From NCBI GenBank assembly GCA_965203055.1, contig OZ241863.1, positions 704,001 through 768,000 on the forward strand: a stretch of 64,000 bases of DNA, written 5' to 3'. Source of the stretch: Spirochaetia bacterium (lineage in GTDB: Bacteria > Spirochaetota > Spirochaetia > SZUA-6 > Bin103). Each line of letters opens with the position of its first letter. Positions within the stretch are counted from its first letter, which is position 1. Shown piece after piece: positions 20,231 to 39,680 of the stretch. Below the pieces are notes generated by a model. It saw only the letters and a list, made by a program, of their open reading frames with translations. It searched no databases and was not told the origin of the DNA. The position numbers were made by a program, and so were the translations under genes.

Positions 20231-20791
20231 TTGCGAGTCACCGGAGGCCGCTATCGCGGGCGCCGCCTCGAGGTTCCGCCGCGCCCGGTGCGCCCGCCCA
20301 CCGACCGGCTGCGCGCGGCGCTGTTCGACGTGCTGGCGGCGCGCGGCGTGGAGTTGGAGGGCGCTAGCTTCCTCGACCTGTTCAGCGGCTCCGGGAGCAT
20401 GGCGGTCGAGGCCGCGTCGCGCGGCGCCGCCGCCGTCACCCTGGTGGAGCGAGACCCGCGCAAGCGCGCCTGCCTGCAGCGCAATACCAGCTTCGTGAGC
20501 GCCGCGGTGCGCATCCTCATCACCCCGTGCGAGCGCTTCCTGGGCCGCGCGCGGCCGCCGGCCGGTCAAGGGTGGGATCTGGCGTTCGTCGATCCTCCCT
20601 TCGCCTATCGCCGCAAGCCGGAGCTGCTGGCCGCGCTTGGCCGCGGCCGGTTGCTGCGCGCCGGCGCCCTGGTGTTGCTGCACCTGCCGGCGCGGGAGGC
20701 GCTGCCGGAGGTTGCCGGTCTCACCTGCCGCGAACGGCGCCGCTACGGCGGCTCGGCGGTATGCCTCTTCGACCGCGCGGCTGGTCGTTGA
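20231..20791 (+). CDS. rsmD: 16S rRNA m2G966 methyltransferase RsmD family
   Basis: (M)RVTGGRYRGRRL, RP.TDR.R..LF, LDLFSGSG, EAASRGA, FVDPPF, YG. TTG start at 20231. Confidence 0.92.
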   Translation: MRVTGGRYRGRRLEVPPRPVRPPTDRLRAALFDVLAARGVELEGASFLDLFSGSGSMAVEAASRGAAAVTLVERDPRKRACLQRNTSFVSAAVRILITPCERFLGRARPPAGQGWDLAFVDPPFAYRRKPELLAALGRGRLLRAGALVLLHLPAREALPEVAGLTCRERRRYGGSAVCLFDRAAGR

Positions 20792-20817
20792 CACGACCGC
20801 GGCTGCCGCGGTAGCTT
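20788..20817 (+). promoter_or_regulatory. Sigma70-type promoter upstream of tRNA-Thr / rpmG cluster
   Basis: TTGACA-18 nt-TAGCTT followed by GC-rich sequence. Confidence 0.6.
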
Positions 20818-20869
20818 GCCTGCCCGGAGGGAGTCTCGCGGCGCCCTTAGCCGGGAACGCCGTTGTCCG

Positions 20870-20942
20870 GCCTCTGTAGCTCAGTTGGTAGAGCACCACC
20901 ATGGTAAGGTGGGGGTCACCGGTTCAAGTCCGGTCGGGGGCT
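20870..20942 (+). tRNA. tRNA-Thr(GGT)
   Basis: GCCTCTG-TA-GCTC AGTTGGTA GAGC-A-CCACC AT GGT AA GGTGG-GGGTC-ACCGG TTCAAGT CCGGT-CGGGGGC-T. Confidence 0.97.
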
Positions 20943-20982
20943 TGTCTTTTCCTCGGCAACGGTCTATATTCTCGCTTCCGGG

Positions 20983-21174
20983 ATGGCGAAGGCAAAGACA
21001 GTCGAGTTGGTGTCGCTGGAGTGCGTGCCGTGTTCCGAGGGGGACGCGGGAGTCCGCGCGCGCAATTACACGACCCCCAAGAACCGCCGCACGGTGCAGG
21101 GGAAGCTGGAACTGAAGAAGTACTGCCCGCGGTGCCGCGCCCATACGCGGCATCGGGAGGGCCGGGTCAAGTAA
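20983..21174 (+). CDS. rpmG: 50S ribosomal protein L33 (zinc-binding type)
   Basis: CxxC..NYTT.KN....[11 protein letters not shown]...T.H.E; position between tRNA-Thr and tRNA-Trp. Confidence 0.95.
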   Translation: MAKAKTVELVSLECVPCSEGDAGVRARNYTTPKNRRTVQGKLELKKYCPRCRAHTRHREGRVK

Positions 21175-21257
21175 GGTCCGCCCGGAGCCGCGCAATCGCC
21201 GCCGGGGGGCATCGGTCGGCCGGTGGCTGTCCGGGCGGGGGCGGCCGGCGCATCCAA

Positions 21258-21331
21258 AGGCCAGTAGCTCCAATCGGCAGAGCGCCGGTCTCCAAAACCG
21301 GATGTTGCAGGTTCGAATCCTGCCTGGCCTG
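21258..21331 (+). tRNA. tRNA-Trp(CCA)
   Basis: AGGCCAG acceptor stem, CCGGT CT CCA AA ACCGG anticodon arm, GCAGG TTCGAAT CCTGC T arm. Confidence 0.97.
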
Positions 21332-21393
21332 AAAGCGGTTATCGGCAGATGGGGCCGCGCCGCCGATAGCGTCATGCGAGCGTGTGAGGGGCT

Positions 21394-21573
21394 GTGAAGC
21401 GTATCGTTCAGTTTTTTCGCGAAAGCTACGCCGAGCTGCGCAAGGTTTCGTGGCCGAGCCGTGAGGAGGTTGGCAACTCAACCAGGATCGTACTGATATC
21501 GGTCGCGCTGATCGCGTTGGCTTTGGGGATCGTCGACTTCGTCTTCTTCCAGGCCATCGACTTCATCTTCTAG
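21394..21573 (+). CDS. secE: Preprotein translocase SecE (59 aa, not in ORF track)
   Basis: GTG start; MKRIVQFFRESYAELRKVSWPSREE...single TM...D; lies between tRNA-Trp and nusG. Confidence 0.95.
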   Translation: MKRIVQFFRESYAELRKVSWPSREEVGNSTRIVLISVALIALALGIVDFVFFQAIDFIF

Positions 21574-21608
21574 GCGCGCGCCCGAAGTTTGCGGCCCAAC
21601 GAGCACAC

Positions 21609-22163
21609 ATGGCGAAAGGCTGGTACGTAGTTCACACTTATTCAGGTTACGAGAACAAGGTTCAGAGGCACCTGTCTCGCCTCATGGAGAGTCAGGTGTT
21701 CAAGGAGCAACTGTTCGACGTGAAGGTGCCGCAGGAAGAGGTGGTCGAAGTCCGGGACGGCAAGAAGCGGGTCACGTCGAAGAAGTTTCTGCCCGGCTAC
21801 ATCCTCCTGGAGATGGACCTCGGTGACGCGCGTTGGAAGGAGCTTACCTCCTCGATCCGCCGCATCCAGGGCGTGACGGCATTCGTCGGCGCGCAGACCG
21901 GCCGCAAGCCGCAACCGATCTCCGGTGACGAGGTGCGTTCGATACTGCAGAAGTCGGGCGCCATCAAGAACAATCGCGATATGCGCCCGCGGCAGACGTT
22001 CTCGCTCGGCGAGTCCGTGCGGATCGTGGACGGGCCGTTCGATTCCTTCACCGGCACGGTAGAGGAAGTCAACCTGGAAAAGGCCAAGCTGCGCGTCTCG
22101 GTCGGGATCTTCGGCCGCTCGACGCCGGTAGAGCTGGACTTTCTCCAGGTGGAGAAGGTGTAG
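21609..22163 (+). CDS. nusG: Transcription termination/antitermination factor NusG
   Basis: [24 protein letters not shown] motif GPF..FTG.VEEV, IFGR.TPVEL.F.QVEK. Confidence 0.98.
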   Translation: MAKGWYVVHTYSGYENKVQRHLSRLMESQVFKEQLFDVKVPQEEVVEVRDGKKRVTSKKFLPGYILLEMDLGDARWKELTSSIRRIQGVTAFVGAQTGRKPQPISGDEVRSILQKSGAIKNNRDMRPRQTFSLGESVRIVDGPFDSFTGTVEEVNLEKAKLRVSVGIFGRSTPVELDFLQVEKV

Positions 22164-22177
22164 GATCAGGAGTAAGC

Positions 22178-22609
22178 ATGGCCAAGAAACGGGTCAACGC
22201 GGTCGTCAAGCTGCAGGTGCCGGCGGGGCAGGCCACTCCGGCGCCGCCGGTGGGACCGGCCCTGGGGCCGCACGGCGTGAGCGCGCCGTTGTTCGTGCAA
22301 CAGTTCAACGACCGTACCAGGAATGAAGAGCCCGGCCTTACCATTCCGGTGGTGATAACGGTCTTCGCCGACCGCACCTTCAGCTTCGAGACCAGGACTC
22401 CGCCGGCGGCGGTGCTCATCAAGAAGGCGATCGGCCTCGACAAGGGGTCTGCCGAATCGAACCGCACCAAGGTCGGCGCCATCAGCCGCGCCATGCTCGA
22501 GGAGATTGCGGCCCGCAAGATGCCGGACCTCAATGCCAATGACGTGCAGGCCGCGGCCAGGGTGATCGCCGGTACGGCGCGCAGCATGGGCGTCACGGTG
22601 GAGGAGTAA
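22178..22609 (+). CDS. rplK: 50S ribosomal protein L11
   Basis: [27 protein letters not shown]. Confidence 0.98.
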   Translation: MAKKRVNAVVKLQVPAGQATPAPPVGPALGPHGVSAPLFVQQFNDRTRNEEPGLTIPVVITVFADRTFSFETRTPPAAVLIKKAIGLDKGSAESNRTKVGAISRAMLEEIAARKMPDLNANDVQAAARVIAGTARSMGVTVEE

Positions 22610-22614
22610 CGCGG

Positions 22615-23310
22615 ATGGCACGCAGCAAGCGCTACCGGGCGGCCGCGGAGCGGCGCGAAGGCGCCCGCAGCTACCCGCTCGCCCAAGCCCTCGCGCTGGT
22701 CAAGAGCAATGCCACGGCGAAGTTCGACGAGACCGTGGAATGCCACGTCAAGCTCAACCTCAAAGGCAACCAGACGGTGCGCGACACGACCGTGCTCCCG
22801 CACGGCTTTCGCGCCGAGCAGCGCATCCTGGTGTTTGCCCGCGGCGAGAAGGCCGACGAGGCGCAGGCCGCCGGGGCCGCGCACGTCGGGGCCGAGGAGC
22901 TGGTCGAGAAGATCCGCGGCGGTTGGCTGGACTTCGACGTAGCGGTGGCCACCCCCGACATGATGCGCCACGTAGGCCGGTTGGGGCCGGTGCTGGGCCG
23001 CCGCGGGTTGATGCCCAACCCCAAGACGCGCACCGTAACCAACGATCTGAGCGCCGCCATCGCGGAACTCAGACGCGGGCGGGTAGAGTTTCGCGCCGAC
23101 CGAACCGGCGTGGTGCACATGGCCGTCGGCAAGGTGTCGATGGATCCGCAGCCGGTCGGGGAGAACGTGTCCGCGCTGCTCGACGAGATCGGCAAGCGCC
23201 GTCCTTCCGACCTCAAGGGCGAATTCGTCGTCTCGGTGGCGGTGAGTTCGACCATGGGCCCCGGCATCAGGGTCGCGCCGGAGTCGGCGTCCGGCGCGGC
23301 GGCGCGGTGA
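22615..23310 (+). CDS. rplA: 50S ribosomal protein L1
   Basis: KFDETVE, LPHG, ATPDMM, LG.RGLMPNPK..TV, STMGPG. Confidence 0.98.
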   Translation: MARSKRYRAAAERREGARSYPLAQALALVKSNATAKFDETVECHVKLNLKGNQTVRDTTVLPHGFRAEQRILVFARGEKADEAQAAGAAHVGAEELVEKIRGGWLDFDVAVATPDMMRHVGRLGPVLGRRGLMPNPKTRTVTNDLSAAIAELRRGRVEFRADRTGVVHMAVGKVSMDPQPVGENVSALLDEIGKRRPSDLKGEFVVSVAVSSTMGPGIRVAPESASGAAAR

Positions 23311-23316
23311 GGCGCC

Positions 23317-23871
23317 ATGGCTAAGGGCGTGCAGCAGTACAAGATCGACCAGGTAGCGGCGCTGAAGGAGACGCTCGAGGAGCACCCCAACGTCTACTTC
23401 TCCGATTTTCGCGGCCTGACAGTCAGTCAGATTACCGAGCTGCGCCGGCTGCTCGGCGAGACCAACGCGCGCTATTCCGTGGTCAAGAATCGCTATACCA
23501 GAATCGCCTTGCGCGAGCTGGGGCGGGACGGCGTCGACGCCTACCTGACGGGGCCGACCGCGCTGGCGCTGGTGCGCGACGACGCGGCGGCGGTCTCCAA
23601 GGCGCTGCTCGACTTCGGCCGCACCGCGCCGGTCAAGGTGAAGGGCGGCTACGTCGACGGCAAGGCGATCGGTCCGCAGGAGGTGGCGGCGCTGTCGCGG
23701 CTGCCGAGCCGCGATCAGCTCATGGCCATGCTGCTGGCGGCCATGCAGGGTCCGGTGCGCAACCTCGCCTACCTGCTGCGCGGGTCGGTAGAACGGGTCG
23801 CGCGGGTAATGCAGGCGGTGGCCGAGCAGAAGGCCGAGCAGACGAAGAACGACCCCGGCGCAACCGGATAA
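23317..23871 (+). CDS. rplJ: 50S ribosomal protein L10
   Basis: DFRGLTV..ITELR, VVKN, LTGPTA, LPSRDQL. Confidence 0.97.
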   Translation: MAKGVQQYKIDQVAALKETLEEHPNVYFSDFRGLTVSQITELRRLLGETNARYSVVKNRYTRIALRELGRDGVDAYLTGPTALALVRDDAAAVSKALLDFGRTAPVKVKGGYVDGKAIGPQEVAALSRLPSRDQLMAMLLAAMQGPVRNLAYLLRGSVERVARVMQAVAEQKAEQTKNDPGATG

Positions 23872-23898
23872 ACATCAAGTCACTTAGGAGAGAATCAG

Positions 23899-24288
23899 AT
23901 GGCTGCAACCTCCATCGAGCAGATAATCGACACGATTTCGGGCATGACCGTGCTTGAGGTCTCGGAGCTGGTAAAGGCGTTCGAAGACAAGTTCGGGGTA
24001 AGCGCCGCGGCTCCCGCCGCGGTCGTGGCTGCCCCGGCGGCGGGCGCGGAACCGGCTGAGGAAGCGTTTGAGCAAACCGAGTTCACGGTGCTGCTGAAAG
24101 GCTTCGATACCGGCAAGAAGATCCCCATCATCAAAGAGGTGCGGGCGATTACCGGTCTCGGTCTCAAGGAGGCCAAGCAACTCGTGGAGACCCAGGACCG
24201 GCCGATAAAGGAAGCTGTCTCCAAGGAGGAAGCGCAAAAGCTGAAGGATCAGTTGGAGACCGCCGGCGGTACCGTCGAGGTCCAGTAA
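23899..24288 (+). CDS. rplL: 50S ribosomal protein L7/L12
   Basis: [21 protein letters not shown], Ala-rich hinge, [25 protein letters not shown]. Confidence 0.98.
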   Translation: MAATSIEQIIDTISGMTVLEVSELVKAFEDKFGVSAAAPAAVVAAPAAGAEPAEEAFEQTEFTVLLKGFDTGKKIPIIKEVRAITGLGLKEAKQLVETQDRPIKEAVSKEEAQKLKDQLETAGGTVEVQ

Positions 24289-24316
24289 CGGCTGCCAACC
24301 GACAGCTTCCCCCTGT

Positions 24317-24339
24317 GCCGGCGGCAGGCCGCCGCCGGC
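24317..24339 (+). other. GC-rich stem-loop in the rplL-rpoB spacer
   Basis: GCCGGCGGC-AGGCC-GCCGCCGGC perfect 9-bp stem; no clean U tract. Confidence 0.5.
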
Positions 24340-24385
24340 TCCGTAGTTCAGTTGCTCACCTATCTCCAGGAGTGACACAAGCACG

Positions 24386-27934
<3,549 letters not shown>

Positions 27935-27945
27935 AGGAAGGCAGC

Positions 27946-32370
<4,425 letters not shown>

Positions 32371-32438
32371 CGGCCGGCAGGCCGGCGGGCCGCCGGGTGG
32401 CGTCCTTCCGGCGGCCAGAAATGGCGCCGGGGGAGGGG

Positions 32439-32467
32439 TTGACCTTTGGGCCGCGCTCAACTAACTT
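32439..32467 (+). promoter_or_regulatory. Sigma70-type promoter of the str (rpsL) operon
   Basis: TTGACC-17 nt-TAACTT in the rpoC-rpsL spacer. Confidence 0.7.
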
Positions 32468-32527
32468 GAGTGCCGCACTTTCGTCCCCGGGACTGTAGCG
32501 GGCTTGGTGCGCCGTCACTACCTCCCA

Positions 32528-32562
32528 TACCAGGGTTTACCAGTTTTAGGGGTTTACCAGTT
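32528..32562 (+). repeat. Direct repeat GGGTTTACCAGTT x2 plus a partial TACCAG in the rpsL leader
   Basis: Exact 13-mers at 32533-32545 and 32550-32562; TACCAG also at 32528-32533. Confidence 0.85.
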
Positions 32563-32639
32563 CGTGAGTGAGCGCTCCCGTGACGCCGCGGGTGCGCCGG
32601 TGCTTGTTGCCGTCGTGGGGCGGTCAGGAGAAAAAGAAT

Positions 32640-33014
32640 ATGCCGACCATCAACCAGCTTATCCGCAAGGGCCGCAAGCGGCCGCGCAACAAGGTCAAGT
32701 CGCCGGCGCTGCAGGCCTGCCCGCAGAAGCGCGGGGTCTGTACCCAGGTGCGCACCATCACGCCGCGCAAGCCCAACTCGGCGCTGCGCAAGGTGGCGCG
32801 CGTGCGGCTGTCCAACAACGTGGAGGTCAATGCCTACATCCCGGGCATCGGGCACACCTTGCAGGAACACTCGGTGGTGCTGATTCGCGGGGGGCGGGTG
32901 AAGGACCTGGCCGGGGTGCGCTATCACGTGGTGCGCGGCACCAAGGACACGCTGGGAGTCGAGGAGCGCCGCAAGGGGCGTTCCAAGTACGGCACCAAGC
33001 GCCCGAAGGTCTAG
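32640..33014 (+). CDS. rpsL: 30S ribosomal protein S12
   Basis: [33 protein letters not shown]. Confidence 0.99.
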   Translation: MPTINQLIRKGRKRPRNKVKSPALQACPQKRGVCTQVRTITPRKPNSALRKVARVRLSNNVEVNAYIPGIGHTLQEHSVVLIRGGRVKDLAGVRYHVVRGTKDTLGVEERRKGRSKYGTKRPKV

Positions 33015-33028
33015 CGGAGGGAGATGCG

Positions 33029-33499
33029 ATGCCGCGCCGCGGTAATACCAGGAAGCGTCCCGAGCCGGTGGATCCGAAGTATCGCAACGTGACCGCCGGC
33101 AAGTTCATCAACGCGATGATGAGCCGCGGCAAGCGTTCTACCGCGACCCGCGCGCTGTATCGATCGTTCGACCTCATCGAGAAGCGGCTGGGCCGCGATC
33201 CCCTGGAGGTGTTCCTGAAGGCGGTGGACAACGTCAAGCCGTTGCTGGAGGTCAAGTCGCGCCGCGTCGGCGGGTCCACCTATCAGGTGCCGGTCGAGGT
33301 GCGTGAGGGGCGCCGCGACGCGCTCGCGATCCGCTGGTTGATCCAATACGCCAAGCAGCGGCGCGGGCGCGCCATGACGGCCGGCTTGAGCGCCGAGCTG
33401 ATGGACGCCTTCAACGAGACCGGAGCCGCGGTCAAGAAGAAAGAGGACACCCACCGTATGGCGGAGGCGAACAAGGCCTTCGCCCACTACCGCTGGTAG
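33029..33499 (+). CDS. rpsG: 30S ribosomal protein S7
   Basis: [37 protein letters not shown]. Confidence 0.99.
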   Translation: MPRRGNTRKRPEPVDPKYRNVTAGKFINAMMSRGKRSTATRALYRSFDLIEKRLGRDPLEVFLKAVDNVKPLLEVKSRRVGGSTYQVPVEVREGRRDALAIRWLIQYAKQRRGRAMTAGLSAELMDAFNETGAAVKKKEDTHRMAEANKAFAHYRW

Positions 33500-33529
33500 C
33501 CTGCAGGCTGAAAGAGCGTAGCGCGAGCA

Positions 33530-35629
33530 ATGGAATCACACGGCCGGCTGAGCCGTACCCGCAACCTCGGGATCATGGCCCACATCGACGCCGGCAAGAC
33601 CACCACCACCGAGCGGATCCTGTACTACACCGGACGCAAGCACAAGCTGGGCGAGGTGCACGACGGTCAGGCCGAGATGGACTGGATGGATCTCGAGAAG
33701 GAGCGCGGCATCACCATTACCGCGGCCGCCACCTATTGCGGCTGGCGCGACCATGACGTCAACATCATCGACACCCCCGGCCACGTCGACTTTACCGTGG
33801 AGGTGGAGCGGTCGCTGCGGGTGCTCGACGGCGCCGTGGGGGTGTTCTGCGCGGTCGCCGGGGTGGAGCCGCAGAGCGAGACGGTGTGGAAGCAGGCGAA
33901 CACCTACGGCGTGCCGCGGCTGGTGTTCATCAACAAGATGGACCGCACCGGCGCGGACTTCGCGGCGTGCGTCGAGCAACTCCACGCCAAGCTCGGCGCC
34001 AACGCGGTTCCGGTGCAGCTTCCGACCGCCGGCGGGCCGGCATTCAACAGCGTGATCGATCTGGTGGCGTTGCGCCGCATCACCTGGGAGGAGGCCGACT
34101 TCGGCACCAGCTACCGGGTGGAGGAGATTCCGCCCGAGTGGCGCGCGCCGGCGGAAGCGGCGCACGTCGAGCTGCTGGAGCGGCTGGCGGATCTGGATGA
34201 CGAATTCATGGAGCGCTATCTCGCCGGCGAGCAGATCGGCCCCGCCGCGGTGCGCGCCGCGCTGCGCCGGCACACGGTGACCGGGGAGATATTTCCGGTG
34301 CTCTGCGGCAGCGCGTTCAAGAACAAGGGTATTCAGCTCCTGCTGGACGCGGTCGTCGACTATCTGCCGGCGCCGGCCGAAAAGCCGCCCGTCACCGGCA
34401 TCGTGCCCAGCACCGGCGAGTACATCGAGCGTCCGCCGCGCGATGACGAGAGTCTCTCGGCGCTGGCGTTCAAGGTGGTGACCGACCCCTACGTCGGCCG
34501 CCTTACCTACTTTCGCATCTATTCCGGGGTGCTGAAGGCGGGCTCCTATCTCTACAATTCATCGGCCGACGGGCGCGAACGCGTCACGCGGCTGCTGCGG
34601 ATGCACGCCAACCGGCGCGAGGAGATCGCCGCCGCGCGCACCGGCGACATCGTGGCCGCGGTCGGCCTGCGCCGCACCACCACCGGCGACACCCTGTGCG
34701 CGCCCGATGATCCGGTGATTCTGGAGTCGATGGTGTTTCCCGAGCCGGTGGTGTCGATTGCCATCGAACCCAAGTCGAAGCAGGATTCCGACCGGCTCGG
34801 AGCCGCCCTTGGCAAGCTCGCCGATGAGGACCCTACCTTCAAGGTGCGCGTCGACCACGAAACCGGCCAGACCATCATGGCCGGCATGGGCGAGCTGCAC
34901 CTGGAGGTGTTGACCGCGCGCCTGTTCCGGGAATTCAACGTCGCGGCCAACGTCGGGATGCCGGAAGTGGCGTACCGCGAGACGATCAGCCGCAGCGCCG
35001 AGGTGGTGACCCGCTTCGTCCGCCAGACCGGCGGGCATGGCCAGTACGCCCACGTGGAGATGCGGTTCGAGCCGCTGCCGCCGGGCGCCGGGTTCCTGTT
35101 CGAGAGCAAGGTGACCGGCGGGCGGGTGCCGAAGGAGTATATTCCGGCGGTGCAGCGCGGGGTCGAAGAGGCCATGGAGGTGGGCATTCTCGCCGGCTAT
35201 CCGATGGTCGACTTCCGCGCCATCCTGCTCGACGGCGGCTATCACGAAGTGGATTCCAGCGACCAGGCATTTCGCATCGCCGGCAGCATGGCCTACCGCC
35301 AGGCGCTGGCGCGGGCCGCGGCGCGCTTGTTGGAACCGATCATGGAGGTGGAGGTGCACTGCCCCGAGGAGTATCTCGGCGACGTCATCTCCAACCTCAG
35401 CGCCCGCACCGGCCACGTGCAGGGCATCGAAGACGTGTTTGGTGGCCGCACGGTAAAGGCCCGGGTACCGTTGCGCAAGATGTTCGGATATGTTACCGAT
35501 CTGCGCTCCATGACCCGTGGCCGCGCCACCCATACGATGCAGTTCGGCGCCTATGAACCGGCTCCGAAGGCGGTGCAGACCGAGATCGTCGCCCGCACCT
35601 CGGGGCGTCTCGCTACCGCGCAATCATGA
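33530..35629 (+). CDS. fusA: Elongation factor G
   Basis: [48 protein letters not shown]. Confidence 0.98.
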   Translation: MESHGRLSRTRNLGIMAHIDAGKTTTTERILYYTGRKHKLGEVHDGQAEMDWMDLEKERGITITAAATYCGWRDHDVNIIDTPGHVDFTVEVERSLRVLDGAVGVFCAVAGVEPQSETVWKQANTYGVPRLVFINKMDRTGADFAACVEQLHAKLGANAVPVQLPTAGGPAFNSVIDLVALRRITWEEADFGTSYRVEEIPPEWRAPAEAAHVELLERLADLDDEFMERYLAGEQIGPAAVRAALRRHTVTGEIFPVLCGSAFKNKGIQLLLDAVVDYLPAPAEKPPVTGIVPSTGEYIERPPRDDESLSALAFKVVTDPYVGRLTYFRIYSGVLKAGSYLYNSSADGRERVTRLLRMHANRREEIAAARTGDIVAAVGLRRTTTGDTLCAPDDPVILESMVFPEPVVSIAIEPKSKQDSDRLGAALGKLADEDPTFKVRVDHETGQTIMAGMGELHLEVLTARLFREFNVAANVGMPEVAYRETISRSAEVVTRFVRQTGGHGQYAHVEMRFEPLPPGAGFLFESKVTGGRVPKEYIPAVQRGVEEAMEVGILAGYPMVDFRAILLDGGYHEVDSSDQAFRIAGSMAYRQALARAAARLLEPIMEVEVHCPEEYLGDVISNLSARTGHVQGIEDVFGGRTVKARVPLRKMFGYVTDLRSMTRGRATHTMQFGAYEPAPKAVQTEIVARTSGRLATAQS

Positions 35630-35668
35630 AACGACAACGGCCAGACCGACAGCAGGAGGATTAGCAGA

Positions 35669-36859
35669 ATGGCCAAGCAGAAATTCGAGCGTACCAAGCC
35701 GCACGTCAACGTGGGCACCATCGGCCACGTCGATCACGGCAAGACCACGCTCACCGCAGCAATTACCCAGTACTGCAACGCCAGGTACGGGGACAAGCTG
35801 ATGAGGTACGAGGATATCGACAACGCTCCCGAGGAGAAGGCGCGCGGCATCACCATCAATACGCGCCACGTCGAATACCAGACCGACAACCGTCACTACG
35901 CTCACGTCGACTGTCCCGGCCACGCCGACTACATCAAGAACATGATTACCGGCGCGGCGCAGATGGATGGGGCGGTGCTGGTGGTGTCCGCTCCTGATTC
36001 GGTCATGCCTCAGACCCGCGAGCACATTCTGCTGGCGCGCCAGGTGCAGGTGCCGTCGATCGTCGTCTACATCAACAAGACCGATCAGGTCGACGACGAG
36101 GAACTGCTGGAGCTGGTCGAGGAAGAGGTCAAGGATGCCCTCAATGAGTACGACTTCCCCGGCGACGAGATACCGATCATCAAGGGTACGGCGCTGCGCG
36201 CGTTGGAGAACCCCGGCGACGAGGAGGCCAACGCCACCGTGGTGGAACTGCTCGAGGCGATGGACTCCTACATCCCGCTGCCGGAGCGGCAGGTCGATCT
36301 GCCGTTCCTGATGCCGATCGAGGACGTGTTCTCGATTCAGGGGCGCGGTACGGTGGTGACCGGACGGATCGACCGCGGCACCATCAAGACCGGTGAGAAC
36401 GTGGAGATCGTGGGCATCCGCGATACGCGGCGGACGGTGGTGACCGGCGTCGAGATGTTCAACAAGATCCTCGATTCCGGCGAGGCCGGCGACAACGTCG
36501 GCGCGTTGCTGCGGGGCGTGGACCGCAAGGAAGTGGAGCGCGGCCAGGTGCTGGCCAAGCCCGGTTCCATCAACCCGCACCGGAAGATGAGGGCAACGGT
36601 ATACGCCTTGACCAAGGATGAGGGCGGGCGGCATTCTCCGTTCTTCTCCGGCTACCGGCCGCAGTTCTACTTCCGCACCACTGACATTACCGGTACCGTG
36701 TCGCTGCCCGACGGTAAGGAGATGGTGATGCCGGGAGATACGGCTGATCTCACCATCGAGTTGATCAACACCATAGCGGTGGAGCAGGGCGTGCGCTTTG
36801 CCATCCGCGAGGGTGGGCGTACGGTCGGCGCCGGTACGGTCACCGAGATCATCGAGTAG
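35669..36859 (+). CDS. tuf: Elongation factor Tu
   Basis: [47 protein letters not shown]. Confidence 0.99.
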   Translation: MAKQKFERTKPHVNVGTIGHVDHGKTTLTAAITQYCNARYGDKLMRYEDIDNAPEEKARGITINTRHVEYQTDNRHYAHVDCPGHADYIKNMITGAAQMDGAVLVVSAPDSVMPQTREHILLARQVQVPSIVVYINKTDQVDDEELLELVEEEVKDALNEYDFPGDEIPIIKGTALRALENPGDEEANATVVELLEAMDSYIPLPERQVDLPFLMPIEDVFSIQGRGTVVTGRIDRGTIKTGENVEIVGIRDTRRTVVTGVEMFNKILDSGEAGDNVGALLRGVDRKEVERGQVLAKPGSINPHRKMRATVYALTKDEGGRHSPFFSGYRPQFYFRTTDITGTVSLPDGKEMVMPGDTADLTIELINTIAVEQGVRFAIREGGRTVGAGTVTEIIE

Positions 36860-36879
36860 GATCGGGGCCGGGCGCCGTC

Positions 36880-37184
36880 ATGGCAGTTGACCGTATCCGC
36901 GTGCGTCTACGCGGCTTCGACGTGGAACTGATAGATCAGAGTTCCAAGGCGATCGTGCAGACGGTGCAGAAGGCAGGTTCGCAGGTGTCCGGCCCGATCC
37001 CGCTGCCGACGCGGACCAACCGGTATACCGTGTTGCGCTCGCCGCACGTCAACAAGAAGTCTCGCGAGCAGTTCGAAATGCGCACTCACAAACGACTGAT
37101 CGACATTCTCGAACCGACCCCGGCAGTGATGGATGCGCTGATGAAGCTGGAGCTGCCCGCCGGGGTGGACGTGGAGATCAAGCA

Positions 37185-37188
<4 letters not shown>
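36880..37188 (+). CDS. rpsJ: 30S ribosomal protein S10
   Basis: [30 protein letters not shown]. Confidence 0.99.
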
Positions 37189-37855
<667 letters not shown>

Positions 37856-37859
<4 letters not shown>

Positions 37860-38536
37860 AGGCGCCGGTGATCGGGGCCGACGGCCAGCCGCGGGGCGAA
37901 GCGGAGCTCGCGGACGATGTCTTCGGCGTGGAGGTGAGTGAGGGCGCCATCTACCACGCCATTCGCAACGAACTGGCCAACCGGCGGGTCGGCACCGCGG
38001 CCACCAAGCGGCGCGGCCAGGTGCGCGGCAGCACCCGCAAGCCGTGGCGCCAGAAGGGTACCGGCCGGGCCCGCGCCGGCGACCGCAAATCGCCGTTGTG
38101 GACCGGCGGCGGGGTGATCTTCGGCCCGCAGCCGCGCAGTTACCGCTATCGGATTCCGCGCAAGGCCAAGCGCAAGGCGATCTGCTCGATCCTCACCCAG
38201 AAGGCGCGCGCGGCGCGCATCACGGTGGTGGAAGGCATTACCGTCGAGGAGGGCAAGACCAGGGAGCTGGTACGGCAACTGGAGCCCATTGCCGGCGGCG
38301 CGCGCTGCGTGTGGCTGCTGAGCGGCGCGGACCGGTTGCTGCTGCGGGCAGGCCGCAACATCGCCTGGCTGCGGATGCGCGCCTGCCAGACGGCGACGGC
38401 GCACGATCTGTACTACAGCGAGCGTATCCTGCTGTCGCCCCAGGTGGCCGCCGAGCTCGCCTCGCTGTGGGGCGGCGGCGAGCCTGGCGGCGCGCCCGCG
38501 CCGCCGGCCGCAGCTGCGGCCGAGGGGGAAGGATGA
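37856..38536 (+). CDS. rplD: 50S ribosomal protein L4
   Basis: [16 protein letters not shown]...GGG..FGP.PR; ATGA overlap with rplC. Confidence 0.98.
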
Positions 38537-38814
38537 GATCCGATATCTTGCTTGCGCCGGTGGTCACTGAGAAGACCAATGAACAGCGCGCGGCTCGCAA
38601 GTATGCGTTCCGCGTGGACGCCCGCGCCAACAAGCTGCAGATCGTGGCCGCGGTGCGCGCGGCCTTCGACGTCCACCCGGTGAAGTGCAACGTGATCAAC
38701 GTAGCTCGCAAGCCGAAGCGCCTGCGCTACCGCGCCGGGCATCGTTCGAGTTGGAAGAAGGCGGTCGTCACGCTCCCCCCGGGCGAGAGTATTCAGATCT
38801 TCGAGGGAGCGTAG
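38533..38814 (+). CDS. rplW: 50S ribosomal protein L23
   Basis: PVVTEK, Y.F.VD..ANK.QI, WKKAVVTL. Confidence 0.97.
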   Translation: MRSDILLAPVVTEKTNEQRAARKYAFRVDARANKLQIVAAVRAAFDVHPVKCNVINVARKPKRLRYRAGHRSSWKKAVVTLPPGESIQIFEGA

Positions 38815-38840
38815 GGACGCGAAGTGTTGGTGAATGAGAA

Positions 38841-39674
38841 ATGCCGCTGAAGAAGAGTAAGCCGATTACCCCGGGCCGGCGCTTCGCCACCGGTTCCGAC
38901 TTCGGCGAATTGCAGGGAGACGCCGCCGTCAAGGCCTTGCTGAAGCCGATGGCCAATCGAGCGGGCCGCGGCGCCGGAGGGCGCATCAGCGTGCGCCGGC
39001 GCGGCGGGCGCCACAAGCGGCGCTACCGGGTGGTGGATTTCCGGCGCGACAAGCTGGGTGTTCCCGGCAGGGTGGTGGCGGTGGGCTACGACCCCAATCG
39101 CTCCGCCAATCTGGCGCTGGTGGTCTACGCCGACGGTGACAAGCGTTACATGTTGGCGCCGCGCGGCATCACGGTGGGGCGTTCGGTGATGAGCGGCTCC
39201 AAGGCTCCCATCGAGGTCGGCAACGCGTTGCCTCTGCGCGACATTCCGCTCGGCATCACGGTTCACAACGTGGAGCTCGCGCGGGGCCGCGGCGGCCAGC
39301 TTGCCCGCGCCGCCGGCGGCCGGGCGACGCTGGTGGCCAAGGAGGGCGATTACGTTACCCTGCGGCTGCCGTCGGGGGAAGTGCGCATGGTGTTCCACGA
39401 ATGTATGGCCTCCATTGGCGAGGTGGGCAATCAGGACCATATGAACGTTTCACTCGGCAAGGCCGGGCGGGCGCGTTGGCTCGGGCGGCGCCCCAAGGTG
39501 CGCGGCGTGGCGATGAATCCTCATGATCACCCGCACGGCGGCGGCGAGGGCAAGAGTTCCGGGGGGCGCCATCCGGTGTCGGCCTGGGGCAAGCCGACCA
39601 AGGGCGCGAAGACCCGCCGCCGGCGCAAGGCTTCGAGCACGTTCATCGTGACGCGCCGCAAGGGAAGGAAGTAG
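38841..39674 (+). CDS. rplB: 50S ribosomal protein L2
   Basis: [33 protein letters not shown]. Confidence 0.99.
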   Translation: MPLKKSKPITPGRRFATGSDFGELQGDAAVKALLKPMANRAGRGAGGRISVRRRGGRHKRRYRVVDFRRDKLGVPGRVVAVGYDPNRSANLALVVYADGDKRYMLAPRGITVGRSVMSGSKAPIEVGNALPLRDIPLGITVHNVELARGRGGQLARAAGGRATLVAKEGDYVTLRLPSGEVRMVFHECMASIGEVGNQDHMNVSLGKAGRARWLGRRPKVRGVAMNPHDHPHGGGEGKSSGGRHPVSAWGKPTKGAKTRRRRKASSTFIVTRRKGRK

Positions 39675-39680
39675 TCCCGT

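Noticed and set aside
24317..24339. Intrinsic terminator after rplL
   Set aside because: The stem is present but has no U tract; kept only as a hairpin. Attenuation at this junction is already known in other bacteria.
32528..32562. Direct repeats as a mini CRISPR array
   Set aside because: Only 13 nt long with a 4-nt gap; no spacers and no cas genes.
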